From the NCBI GenBank assembly GCA_001938485.1, contig MQRK01250496.1:1-50254 (forward strand): DNA of 50,254 nucleotides. Reading direction: 5' to 3'. The number at the start of each line of letters is the position of its first letter. Within the stretch, counting starts at the first letter, position 1. The stretch comes from Girardia tigrina (taxonomy: Eukaryota). Below are positions 1 to 11,822 of this stretch, piece after piece. Both the position numbers and the translations under genes were made by a program. The notes beneath the pieces are model-generated. The model saw only the letters and a list, made by a program, of their open reading frames with translations. It was not told the origin of the DNA and made no database searches.

Positions 1-395
1 CACAAATTAATTCATAAATAATCACAAATTAATTCATAAATAATCACAAATAAATTCATAAATAATCACAAATTAATTAATAAATAATCACAAATTAATT
101 CATAAATAATCACAAATTATTTCATAAATAATCACAAATTAATTAATAAATATTCACAAATTAATTAACAAATAATCATAAAATAATTAATAAATAATCG
201 CAAATTAATTAATAAATAATCACAAATTAATTAATAAGTAATCATAAATTAAATAATAAATAATCACAAAATAATTAATCAATAATCATAAATTAATTAA
301 CAAATAATCACCAAATAATTAATAAATATTCACAAATTAATTAACAAATAATCATAAATTAATCAATAACAAATAGTCATAAATGAATTAACAAG
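1..395. repeat. AT-rich minisatellite, ~21-22 bp unit (AATTAATTCATAAATAATCACA-like)
   Basis: Many degenerate tandem copies are visible directly. The same unit recurs at 40630-40860. Confidence 0.9.
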
Positions 396-699
396 CAAAC
401 TTACATTGTTAAGCTTGAAATCCAAAATGACATGAGAAGCATTAAATCATATGGATGAGATCATTTGTAAAGGCCTACATGCCATTTCTAATCGGGAAGG
501 GGTGTACAAGATTAATGATTTTATCTGATTATCTGAAATAATTTAGAAAATGAAAAATCTTAGAGCGTATAAAGACATTTTATTTATTGAAAAAATTTAA
601 TAAAATCTATCAAATTATTAAAAATTTTACAATGAAATTAAATTAAAATAAATTTAAATGAAATAAGTTTCAGAGAATAAGAAAAGAATATTAATCAGT

Positions 700-758
700 C
701 ATCTGGCTTAGAGAGACACAATCCCAAATCAACACTAAACATTCAAACGTTCCTCACA
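700..758 (-). mobile_element. Fragment of the TGTGAGGAA short-LTR family (5' end only)
   Basis: CATCTGG...ACACAATCCCAAATCAACA...TTCCTCACA is the reverse complement of the start of the 45867 copy. No TSD found. Confidence 0.55.
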
Positions 759-1140
759 ATAATAAAAGTTGAATTGAAAATTATTTTTTGAATAATTAAA
801 TTAAATAGCATTTACTATTTTTAATGACTTCAAATAGAATATTGTTTAACTAAAGAAGCTTAAATTTAAAATAAAGAGACAAAGTCTTCTAATTTAAGTT
901 TAATACTTAATATTAACGCCACAGCAGCAAAAATTCTGCTAAGGTGTCAATCTACATCTCAACTTTTGGCGAAAAATCATAGAATAGAAAACTATTTAAA
1001 ATCAAAACACCTTTAAAATTCGAAACATTTTATTTATATAAACTAGTCAATCGGATTTCAGTTGAAAATTGGACGATATCGAATTTACCATAGATTCAAC
1101 ACAGTCTTCATTTTCTTTCACTTGATGCTGTCTGTAAATA

Positions 1141-1148
<8 letters not shown>

Positions 1149-1185
<37 letters not shown>
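1149..1185. repeat. (TA)n microsatellite
   Basis: Perfect TA run. Confidence 0.95.
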
Positions 1186-1187
<2 letters not shown>

Positions 1188-1241
1188 GGCATTTTAATAA
1201 TAATGCAAACAAAGACCATTTTTGAATATTAAATTTATTGA

Positions 1242-1284
1242 CAATACATACACGTTTCACCGTTTCGGTATCTTCAGTGTAATG
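1242..1284 (-). ncRNA. Minimal type-I hammerhead ribozyme (Penelope-associated type)
   Basis: Minus strand reads CATTACA-CTGAAGA-T-ACCG-AAA-CGGT-GAAAC-GT-GTA-TGTATTG. It has core CUGAAGA and GAAA, a 4-bp stem II, a very short stem III, a GUA cleavage triplet and a stem I with 6 of 7 pairs. AATAAA follows. Confidence 0.75.
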
Positions 1285-1313
1285 AAATAAAGTGATTAAT
1301 TACTATTTATATA

Positions 1314-2580
1314 CAGTGAAACCTCCCCATAAGGTACACCCTATTTGTCAAGAAAATTTTTCGAAAATGTACCTTATGAGGTGGTGTACCTTATATAGAA
1401 TGTAAAATAAAGTTTACGGTGCAATTTTTTCTAGAAATAAAAAGCAATGTTAAATAAAATTGAAGAACAAAAATATTATATTTACTAATTATTAAATTTT
1501 ACAAGAAAGTCACTTGATATTTTTTTGGAATATAAATAGATTTCACCAAATTATAGTAATATAATTTTTTTTAAAACGTTTAGAGAAAAGATGTAAAATT
1601 TTAAAATAAAATGGAACAATTAAAGCATCAATCAACATTTATTTTTTTATAAAAAAATCTGTAATTGATTTTTGTTTCAAATTCTTCTTTTGTTGAGAAA
1701 TAACATCCTGTTTCATTTTTAACAAATTTAATTCCCCTTCATACATATGGTTTTCTTTTGCATAAGTTATTAATTTCGTCAACCAATTTATTAGAATTCC
1801 GTTGATATTATTATTTATTTCCACATTCTCGGGTTCGATCACATCATCTTCTTCAATAGGATTGTGAGGAATATTTTAAATTTTGTATATTGAGTTTAGT
1901 ATTTGGAAATGTGTTTCTCCCACCCAGATGGAGAATTGATATTTTGGATGTACACGATAAATAATTATTCGAGTATAATTTGCATTTTAAAGTACAGCAT
2001 AAGATATTTAAAAAACTTTAAAAATATTAAATCATTTCAAATTTTCATATTAAAAATTTAAATAAAGTAAATAGCTTTTAACTACGTTTTAAATTAAATA
2101 AATGTACTTTCTTTACATAAAATCATTTTCTAAATATAATTAATATGTAGATAAAATTATTACTAAAATTACAAAATTTGAACTTTAAAAATAAAATCTG
2201 AAAATAATGAAAAAAATTTTCGAATAATTGTTTATTAAAAAACATTAACTAAAATTTATCAATTTAGAACGATGTCGAATTACGAAAGCTTTGCTGAGAG
2301 TTGTCCAAAAGACAATTCTAATTCTATTGAAAATAAAAGTTCGAAAACCCATGTTGGTGTTCTTAATAAGGATAATCATCATAAACCTCTTCAATTATAG
2401 CGTCGCGTAAATCTTCAACCGTCGGTATTTCAAATTTTGGTATAATTTCTTTGAATATCAAATTTTTACCCTGTATCCCAATATTTTCTCCTATCTCGGC
2501 AAGTTCATTCACTTGATTTTCTATTTCATTTTTATTCAATTTTATAGCCGATCTATCATTAACTTTTTTCGGAAACAAAA
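1314..2580 (-). mobile_element. pogo/Tigger transposon 3' remnant, interrupted by a solo LTR
   Basis: TA|CAGTGAAACCTC terminus at 1314. ORFs 2363-2578 and 1639-1842 join (…DDYP|IEEDDVIEPEN…) once the LTR is removed, and end in KQKSITDFF, a typical Tigger C-terminus. Confidence 0.75.
1863..2368 (+). mobile_element. Solo LTR, TG...TA ends, 5-bp TSD AGGAT
   Basis: AGGAT|TGTGAGGAA ... TTCTTAATA|AGGAT. A close homolog lies at 15943-16386. Confidence 0.8.
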
Positions 2581-2999
2581 GGTTCGCTTAAAGGAATGTG
2601 TTTCGTCAATTTATGTCTATTCAACAGGAACAATAACTTTTTTTATATCTACGCGGACTATAACATGTTTCGCCTATATTTTCTTATTTCGAGAAAGTAT
2701 TCTATGTTCTACAATCACATAGAAAAATCGATTTGCTTCGGACCAATTTCTAAAGAAACACTTTGATGATATTTATAGTGACTTTATTTCAAGGATTTAT
2801 TTATGTATGTTAAACTATGGGTAGCAATAAACATCACAAGTCTTTCTAATACTTATGTCTCCAATAACAATTCCAACAATGATGTTTAAAGTGGTTAAAC
2901 ATATATCAACCAATCTATGAATGATTACAGACCATCGAAGAAAACTTGTTTTATTTATATATCAAACTAATATATCAAACCTATATATGTTATATAGTG

Positions 3000-3950
3000 T
3001 GTATTGTGGGTAACATTTTGATAACCCTTCCCATAATAAGCGCTATTTACACTGTCGCTGTATGAATTCTGATAAATAAGATTTCATATGATGTCTTTTG
3101 TTCCTCCACTTGATTATGTCCCACATTCTCTCAACTGTTTTTGAATTAACTCCTGTATTAGGATGAATAAAATTGTATTTATGATTAACATAAGGATGTA
3201 TCAATCCTTCTATTACTATTATATTTTTTTGGTAACCTTTTCAACTGTCAGAATAAATTGTGTAGCCATCTGCAAGGTTTTGAATAATTTTATCAAGAAG
3301 GGTATAGTCAGTTCTATTGGAACAGTGACAACAAACGAATATTTTGTTTCATTACATATATCATCAAAGACCCATTATTCGGGTAATACTCGACCACGAT
3401 TATTTTTACGTTTAGTAAACAAACTTTTACAATTTCAGCAATGCAACCTTGTTTTATACGATGAGTTATCGACACATACAGTCTTCTAAATCTTTCTACA
3501 ATGGAATTTCTACCTTTTTGGTTTTGGGCTTGTGGATTTTATCCAACATGTATCTAATATTAGATTATATTTTCCTATTGGGATACATTTTATTATTGGA
3601 ACGTTTTACGAGACTCACAAGTCTTCATTCAATCTTATAATAGGAAAATTCAATATAATAGGTAGAGTATTAATCACCTATCATCAAAGTAGATCGAAAA
3701 ACATTCTGTTATCATTTTTTTAAAAGTTGCTTTCTAACTTATTTATTCAAATTATTTATAAATGAATAACAATATAAATAAATAAATATCAAAATGAATT
3801 AAAAATATAAACTCTCCATAACTGATTTGTAATTTTTTATACTAATTAAAATTTCTAATTGTTTATATAATCTATTCCGCGGGCAATATGGAATGATATT
3901 TAATAAAAGTTGGTTTTATATTGGTGTTTGCATTTAGTGATGCTCCTACC
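3000..3950 (-). mobile_element. Merlin (IS1595/ISXO2-like) transposase pseudogene with one probable TIR
   Basis: Minus-strand translation across stops and frameshifts gives SLFTKRKNNRGRVLPE*WVF…LLDKIIQNLADGYTIYSDS*KGY…VNHKYNFIHPNTGVNSKTVERMW, the Merlin DDE motifs. Candidate TIR GGTAGGAGCATCACT ends at 3950. Confidence 0.8.
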
Positions 3951-4659
3951 GTTTGATTACAATAATCCGAATAACTATAAGGTGCATAAATTCTTGGTCC
4001 AATCGACGACCGTGGCGGATTTAGGAAAACTCGGGAATCTTGATCAACTGGTATTTGTTTATTACTTACTAGTAAATTCTTTCTTTCCCATAAAACAAAT
4101 AGTTATATTAAATTATTATTTATTTTAGAAATAAATTACATGTAAACTAATTTCATTTTAAAATGTATGAATATGTTACATTTAAAAAGTACAAACACTT
4201 AATTTAACCTAGAACCCTTACCCATAAGGAACACTCATTAACATTTGCCTTGGGTTGTTTACCACCTCAGGGCTTCAGTATCTTAATACAGGACTTTTCT
4301 AACTTTATAAATTAGAATAATAAATAAAAGTAGGTGAGAGTTGAACATTATAAACTGAGTCGTGTTACGCTCCGCTAAGGTCAAAATCTTAAAGTAAAGC
4401 TAAAAAAACGGTTGAGTTTATTAAAATTTTCTTTGAATTAAATTAAACAACAAATGGATTGAAAACATTTAAAATATACTTTTTATCAACTGAAGTCTTG
4501 ACTTCGGTAACCAAAAGTCAATAAAGTAATTTTTTATTTCTGATAAAATTGAAAATTTAGGTACTAAACATGCTTTTTTAAAATAGGGAGAAACTTTTGT
4601 TAGGTCTATTAGGTGATTTTTTCAGGTCTAAAAAGTAAATTTTATTTGAGAAAGTAAAG

Positions 4660-4862
4660 CAGTGATCCCAGACCGTGCGGGAAATCCCGCATTGAGGAAA
4701 ATTTTGTAAAACAGCGGGAAATGCGGGAAAAATTGAATTGAAGCGGGATTTTTTCCATCGTTTAAATGATAAATGATTGCTCATGTTTTTTCTTAATGAA
4801 ATGGAAAAAGTAAAGACTTTCATACTTTTAATGCTCACTTATACTATTTATAACCCCCGCAT
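4660..4862 (+). mobile_element. hAT-like terminus with GCGGGA subterminal repeats
   Basis: CAGTGATCCCAGACC followed by several GCGGGA/TCCCGC motifs. No partner end found. Confidence 0.4.
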
Positions 4863-6664
4863 TGTTTTTCCTTTTTGGAAATTCTTACAGAAACTCATCA
4901 GTTAACAATCTTTTTAGAAATGAATATGATTTGTTATTTACGTGTTTCTTCTTGATAAATAAATAATTTCTGGTATACTGACTATGTGTATTGTGCTTTC
5001 TGTTAATTTATGTTATACATTGACTTCTAGAGTAAACGAATCTCAGTATTGCTAAACATGTTTTTGCGTTTTATTTTGGTTTTATGCATTTTTTGTGATA
5101 ACCTTTTTCCATTTTTTGAAGGAATTATTTAGAGATAAATACCATAGATCAAGGTATTTTGATTCAGTCGAATTCCTCTGCCACTTATCCATACGACTTA
5201 ATGTAACAAATCTTTGTTCTTGTACAACAGATAAGTTTAACGGCGTCTAAATTTTTCATTTGTCCTAACGTCATAATTCGTATATATCAAATGAGTACGT
5301 ATTTGGTCTCAGTAATTTCGAATTATTATTCTCTATACTCACTTTATAGTTTAATCGATAATAGGGTCGATTCATCTTTTTGACATCTAGTACACCTTTT
5401 ACAGTAATTGAAAATTATGTATACGAAAAATTTAAAAGAAATATTTTGGATTACACTGGAATGCAGATATCTCATATCTTTATCGCAGTTTTATTGCAGT
5501 GCAATTGATGTTTTATATCTTTCTCGATACTTCGATGTTGGTTCATCTCTCATTTATAAACTTGAAATCCTCCTAAAAATATCACTTGGAGTTATTTAAC
5601 TTAACATTGATGTTTTTTATGAGAGCTACACGAATCATCAGATCGACCGGTTTACATTGCCCTAAATTTCTCTTTGTTTCTAGTGCCTTTTTAGCGTTGC
5701 TTATCTTAATACAATGTAATACATAGCGTCTTCATGCCAAATGTATGTTTTCTCAATTTCTCTGAATTGGAGCACTGATCTATGTAACATACTAATAGGA
5801 TAATCCACGATTAAATGAAAAAAGAAAAAGTCGAATACAGTATGTAATGATATTAGGTTTTGAAGGTTTTTTTACAATGCATTTCATATTAATCTGAACA
5901 CTTTGATTTTTAAAAATACTTATTCTTGATACTTATTCTTAATACTTAATCTTGATTAAAAAAGTATTATGAAAAGAAAATTTATAAATTCTATAACCTA
6001 ATTTATTTTTATTTGAGAATACAATTTTCATATTACGATTTAAAACATTTCAACAACTTTCTTTAAAAAATTAAATCATTAAGTTTTTTTTGGACAAAAA
6101 TATTTTGTCCTTTAAAAATTAAAAACCGAATTAAAACTTTTAACGACAATTAAATTCAATAAACATTATGATTTTAAATAGTGATACAAAATATATCAAA
6201 ATCTTCTTTACAATATTCTTTAACTTCAAAGCTGTTATTTTAATTGTCAATTTTTAAAACAATTTTTTTATAAAAAATCGTCCCAGTTTAATTAAAATAG
6301 TATCTATAAACTTAAAAAATCTTTCGTTTTAATTAGTCGAACATTATTTTTTTTTAAAAATATAAAATATGATTTTTAATTTCAAAAATATCAAAAATTA
6401 AAGTTCACCAAAAGGAACCCCAACATGTTTAATAAACGGTAATGTTTGCTAATTATTTAGTTTTTTGTGTATTTTATGGTCTATTTTTAATTTAAAGTTA
6501 TTTTTGTTTTATGGGTCAATTTTTTAGGTAAATTTAGAATTTATTTATCATTTTTAAGGACAAAACCTTGTTTATATGTCAATTTTTAGGTCTACATCAT
6601 TTCAACATGTATTTCAAAGAATAACAATTGAATTTCCAATTCATGAATTGTATTTTAAATAATA

Positions 6665-7836
6665 ACGATTTTTGATTCATAAGTTTTTAGCCTATTTTTA
6701 TTACTTTTATCAAAGAATTTCTAAAGGAACTATAAAATATTAATCGGTGAAGTATTCGCCTATACAATCAATTATTTTTTGCCATCTTTCCGCTAATTTT
6801 CTAATTCCATCTCTGAAAATTTTTTTCTGGTTTTGATGCCATGAATTCAGCGATGCAATTTCGCACATCACTTTCTTGTTTGAATCGCTTACCAGCCAGA
6901 GTATGTTGTAGAGAGCGAAACAAATGAAAATCGGATGGAGCAATGTTCGGAGAATAAACCGGATGCGGTAAAACATCCCATCCCAGTTCCAAAATTTTAT
7001 TTTTCGTCGCTTTCGCAACATGAGGTGTAGCGTTATCGTGGAGTAGGATGATTTTTTTCATCGAATGTCCATTTTGCGGCCGCAATTCTTTGATTTTTTC
7101 GCTCAGTTTCAACAAATGTCCACTGAGCCGTGATTGTTTCTCCGGGTTTAAGTAATTCATAATAGAGGACTCCCTTCATGTCCCACCATATGCAGAGCAA
7201 CAATTTCTTGCTATAAAGATTAGGTTTTGGCGTTGAAGTTGATGGTTGTAGATTTTCGTAATACACCCATTTTTCGTCCCCGGTGACAATTCTCCACAAA
7301 AATGATTTACGGCGGTGACGTGAAAGAAGTGAAACGCACAAATTTAGTCTTTGTGCAATATTTGCATGCGGAATACTGGTGCGGAACTCAATGTCCAACT
7401 TTCAAAACTTTTCCCATTGCCGTAAGTCTTCGTTGCACCGTTGATTGATTGATTTCGAGGATCTTAGTCATACCTCTTATCACCATGGTTGAATCCTCTT
7501 TAAGTAATGCATCCAATTCCGAATCTTCAGTTTCTTTAGGTCTTCTGCATCTCTGCTTGTCCTCTAGGTCGTACTCACCATTTCTGAACTTCTTGAACCA
7601 GTTCTTGACCGTGGCATATGAAACAGTATCAGCTCCATAGGCTTTCGTAATTTGATCCAATGTTTCGGTGGTGTTTTTTCCTAAATTAAACATGAAAAGC
7701 ATGCAATGTCGAAGATGAATTTTGTTCATTTTTGAACGTCTTAGAAAACACGAGCATTTATTTTTTAATCGATTAAATCATTTAGTTATATTTCTTTTAT
7801 AATAAATGAAGGGCTAAAACTTATGTATCAACCTAA
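6665..7836 (-). mobile_element. mariner (DD34D) transposon, frameshifted transposase
   Basis: ORFs 7388-7729, 7033-7398, 6801-7160 and 6740-7021 give the HTH, GDEKW, HDNA, YSPNIAPSDFHLF and GIRKLAERWQK. TIR TTAGGTTGATACATAAG at 7836; degenerate partner at ~6670. Confidence 0.95.
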
Positions 7837-8281
7837 TATTTGAAATTCATAAATTGTATTTCAAACATTTTATTTTATAAAGCCACACACATGTCACTCA
7901 TACTAAGAGCATCTTCAAAAAATGATAAGTGCTGTGCTAATAATAATATGAAACAGCACAGCACTTATCATTTTTTGAAGCTGCTCTTAGTATGAGTGAC
8001 ATGTGTGTGGCTTTATAAAATAAAATGTTTGAAATACAATTTATGAATTTCAAATATTAGGTTGATACAAGTTTTAGCCCTTCATTTATTATAAAAGAAA
8101 TATAACTAAATGATTTATTTCGATTAAAAAATAAATGCTCGTATTTTCTAAGACGTTCAAAAATGAACAAAATTCATCTTCGACATTGCATGCTTTTCAT
8201 GTTTAATTTAGGAAAAAACACCACCGAAACATTGGATCAAATTACGAAAGCCTATGGAGCTGATACTGTTTCATATGCCAC
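7611..8281. repeat. Long inverted repeat (arms 7611-7938 and 7955-8281, 16-bp spacer) duplicating the mariner 5' end
   Basis: Arms are near-perfect reverse complements. ORF 8163 repeats the first ~41 aa of ORF 7729. Confidence 0.95.
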
Positions 8282-9055
8282 TGCTCTTGAGCAGTCACCT
8301 GATGTAACCGTTTCTGTTGCTGCTTTGACTAAAGCTTCCAAATACAATAATCGCTGAAATATTTTTGTTATTCTTTGAAATACAATTTTTATTTTTTGAA
8401 ATACAATATTTATTCTTTGAAATACAAATTGAAATGATGTAGTTTATAGGTCCATTTTTTGGTTGCCCTACGTATGACTATTGTAATCAATAGAGTAAAG
8501 ATTAATCGCAAGTATAAATTAAATGATTATTTTCCCCTTATTTTCTTTTATCTTTTCATGTCTATTTAGAATTAAGAGAAAGATTATCGGTGTGAGTATT
8601 GATTCCACTGATAAATTACAACAGATAAGTTGTGATTATGTCTAATATATACAGATTTTCAAAACAACTTAATCGTGTATTCATTTTTTCACCGCATCGA
8701 ATGCTTGGAAATTCGACGAAAATCTAAATATGCTAATATAAATGATGAAACGTGTGCTACGAAAAATATTTTAATAATTTTAAAACAAATGAAAAATTAC
8801 AAAGTTTGACGTGAATGAAAAATTGAAAATTTTTCATAAGGGCTTTGAAAATCTTTACAAACTTAATGTAGTTAAACACGTTAAATGCCGTTGAGGTCAA
8901 TGGTGATAGTCTTTCGAACAATCAAGAACGACCAATGAAAGAGCTATATAATGTAAAATTGTTATGTTTTATGGGTTCCCTTTTAAAATTAAATAACTGT
9001 TTTTCAGAAAATTAATAATTTCAGAAATCACATGACTAACCGTAATTGATATTTA

Positions 9056-9826
9056 GCGTGTCTGAAAAGTAATGAGACTCGCCTTACCCACTAACAAGAC
9101 AGACAGCTTCCAGTAATGCAATTTATTTTCATACAACATAGTCCCCCTTGACTCGAATGACATCTTTACAATTGGTATACCATCGCTACAGCTCATTCTG
9201 GAAGCGTTCACGCTCAATGCGTCGAAACAGCTGCAACTACTCTTTCTGAACCTCTTCTTTGGAGTGGAAGTCCTTCTTTCTGAGGTCTTTTTTCAGGTGC
9301 TTGAACAGCCAGCAATTATATTGAGTCAAGTCTGGACTGTAAGCTGACCGATGGATTAACTTGACCTGCTTTTGTTCAAAGAATTTCTTGATAAGGACGC
9401 GCATTGTTATGTTGCCAACAGAACTGGTTAAGCCGTGTTGGAAAAGAACCCAGGGTCCTCCATTTTTCACCAGTATCATGATTGCTTTGGATTCTCATCT
9501 ATATGTTGCTTAAAATTGTAGAACAGTCATCTGTGTTTCTTGTATCTGGTAATATACTTCTGTATCTGTACGTCCACATTGTTTTTCAAAAAAGGTATAT
9601 GCACGAAAGTGCTCTTTTTTCAGCTTCATTTGTGTAGTCGTTGCACTAAAACAAAGTATGCTACGAATTATGCCTTATATAGGGTCACACACGTATGTGA
9701 CTGAGTCACCACCTGATTAGTCAGATAGTATAAAGTCTTGTCATCTATTTAACGCAGTACCAATACATAGCTAGCAGTTTTACGTGTATGACATACAAAA
9801 TCTCATTACTTTTCAGACCAACCAAA
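9056..9826 (-). mobile_element. Internally deleted mariner
   Basis: TIRs TCTGAAAAGTAATGAGA and TCTCATTACTTTTCAGA. ORF 9237-9479 contains AYSPDL…WLFKHLKKDL. Confidence 0.85.
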
Positions 9827-10590
9827 TATTATTTTACGTTTACATATTTAATATTTTTTTCTATCAGGAAATACTGTAAAATTGCTGACAACCCAAATGC
9901 AATTACCATAGACAAATTTTATTGCAAGTTTAATTTCATTTATCTATAATTAAATTTCAATTAATCTACCTTATATTGAGGGTGTCTAAATTTTTTTATT
10001 TCTAAGGTTTTAATGAATTATTGTAACTCTTGCTTCATTGAATCCCTGATTCTGATTTACGACTTTTTGATTTGCGCCAAGTTGATTACGCATCATTTGA
10101 TGTATTGCTATTAAAAGTATGAAATTTTAAAAGATATGTATTAAAAATAAATTTTTAACAACTACAATATTTCAAATTTATTACCATTAACGTTAGATTG
10201 TATTTAGTTTTGTAATATAAAGTTCAATAATTCATAATATAATCGGAGCCAGAAAATTAATTTGCAGCTTTGTTTATTGAGTAAAATGATTTTGCAATTT
10301 CCATTTTGGGGGGGGTCATTATGAAGAATTTCTGATTATCATATTGATTAATTAATGCTTTTAGTGGCAAACACTGGACAAGAACCAGATCAATGAGACA
10401 AAATTAAGATGCATTTTCGATGACAAGGTGTTTTATGATTATTTTATTAATTTCTTTTGTAATTGAATATTATATGAATAATTCAACAAAATATGTATAA
10501 TATTGTTTTTTACGAATTTGGGAAACTATCATATTGACAGTACAATTAATAATATATTATTATTTACTTTAATTAAACTTAAATTATGTA

Positions 10591-11024
10591 CAGTGGGGCG
10601 GTTTTAATTACATAATCCTGAAAGTTCATATATTATAACATTTTGCTGGTCAATGTGTTGTAAAAATGATTAAGGTGATGTGTCTACTTACAGTATACAT
10701 TAATCAAAGAATTCAATTGTAAAGGGTGCCAAAATGACGTCATAATTCTATTTTTAGTTTTTTTCTAAGAATTCCAAGAATCGCCAATATGATGATATAC
10801 AGCGTGCGCAGATAGTGACTGGCTATCCACAAAGCCCAAACACAAGTGGAAATTGTTACAAATGAGGGCTACTCCCAATCTGCAGTGTCCCATCTGCTAA
10901 ATCAATATCAACAGTCTGGCAGCATTGCAAATCAGACAATGATGGAAGCAGGTCGCCGCAGGAGATAATTTATTCGAAGAATTTATTCTTTTTTCTCACT
11001 ATGCAATTAAAACCGCCACCATTG
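10591..11024 (+). mobile_element. Tc1-type deletion derivative (MITE-like)
   Basis: TA|CAGTGGGGCGGTTTTAATT ... AATTAAAACCGCCACCATTG|TA, with an internal HTH remnant (EGYSQSAVSHLLNQYQQSGS). Confidence 0.75.
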
Positions 11025-11822
11025 TAGTTTGGGGATAAAAAATCCATTTTATTTCTATGTTTATCTAGATACATGTTTACAATAGATAACAAAGAATAAT
11101 GAATTACGTCTCTTAGTTGAATTGTTAAAATAATTAAAACAATATTTATTCTATAGATTAACAAGTTAATTTATTTTAAATTTAATTAAATTTTTAAATA
11201 TATTTGTATTAATTTCAAAACTGTCACTTGTTACATAAATAAATAAGACTTGCAAAAAAATCAAAATATATTTGATAATATTTGTATATTGAACTTGGTG
11301 ACCCGACAAAAGCGCCCACTAAAAAATGCGCCCCGACTAAAGCGCCATCATTATTTCTACTATTATTATATTGTTTAAATCCCAAATATTGAAGGACTTT
11401 TTGAATTTATATAAAAAAATGTAAAACTTATATTATTTGTGATTTAAACAATATAATGATAGTATAAATAATAGCGCCCAACGACTTGTAAAATTGAAAC
11501 AATAACAAAAGCAACAAAATGTTAAAAATAAAAGTAATAAAATGAAAAGAAAAAAGTAAAAAAATAACTCATTATATTATATTTCCAGATTATATGACAA
11601 TCGTTTTATATAATTTATTATATCATTTTGATTATAATTTTCTGTTTATGTTTTTATCCGTTTCTTTAGGCTTATTTGTTTGTTTTTTCTAAGCTTCTGG
11701 TCATCGAAATCAGGCTTGAAAACTTTCATATTCTATTTCCATTTGATTCTGTTCTTTTTTTAAAATGTTTCACTATTTTAAAAATTGAGGGATGGTTGCA
11801 CTCCACAGTTTGTTGAAAGGCA

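Larger units (their letters stand above)
6592..8442. mobile_element. Non-autonomous TIR element (CTACATCATTTCAA ends, TTGTATTTCAAA subrepeats) hosting the mariner and palindrome
   Basis: CTACATCATTTCAA at 6592 and TTGAAATGATGTAG ending at 8442. The same subrepeats resume at ~7840. Confidence 0.55.

Noticed and set aside
1-395. CRISPR-like array
   Set aside because: Contiguous degenerate units without unique spacers, a eukaryotic context and no cas genes.
405-532. Possible minus-strand coding exon (AG…GTAAGT), with another candidate at 1089-1131
   Set aside because: All three frames of 405-532 contain stops and there is no recognisable homology. It could be non-coding, but I cannot support it.
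4488-4526. Second hammerhead candidate (CTGAAGTC…AAAAGTC)
   Set aside because: Lacks intact CUGANGA and GAAA cores.
8600-8615. Innexin YYQW exon (TATCAGTGG on the minus strand)
   Set aside because: No acceptor, the following residues are not innexin-like, and a stop comes shortly after.
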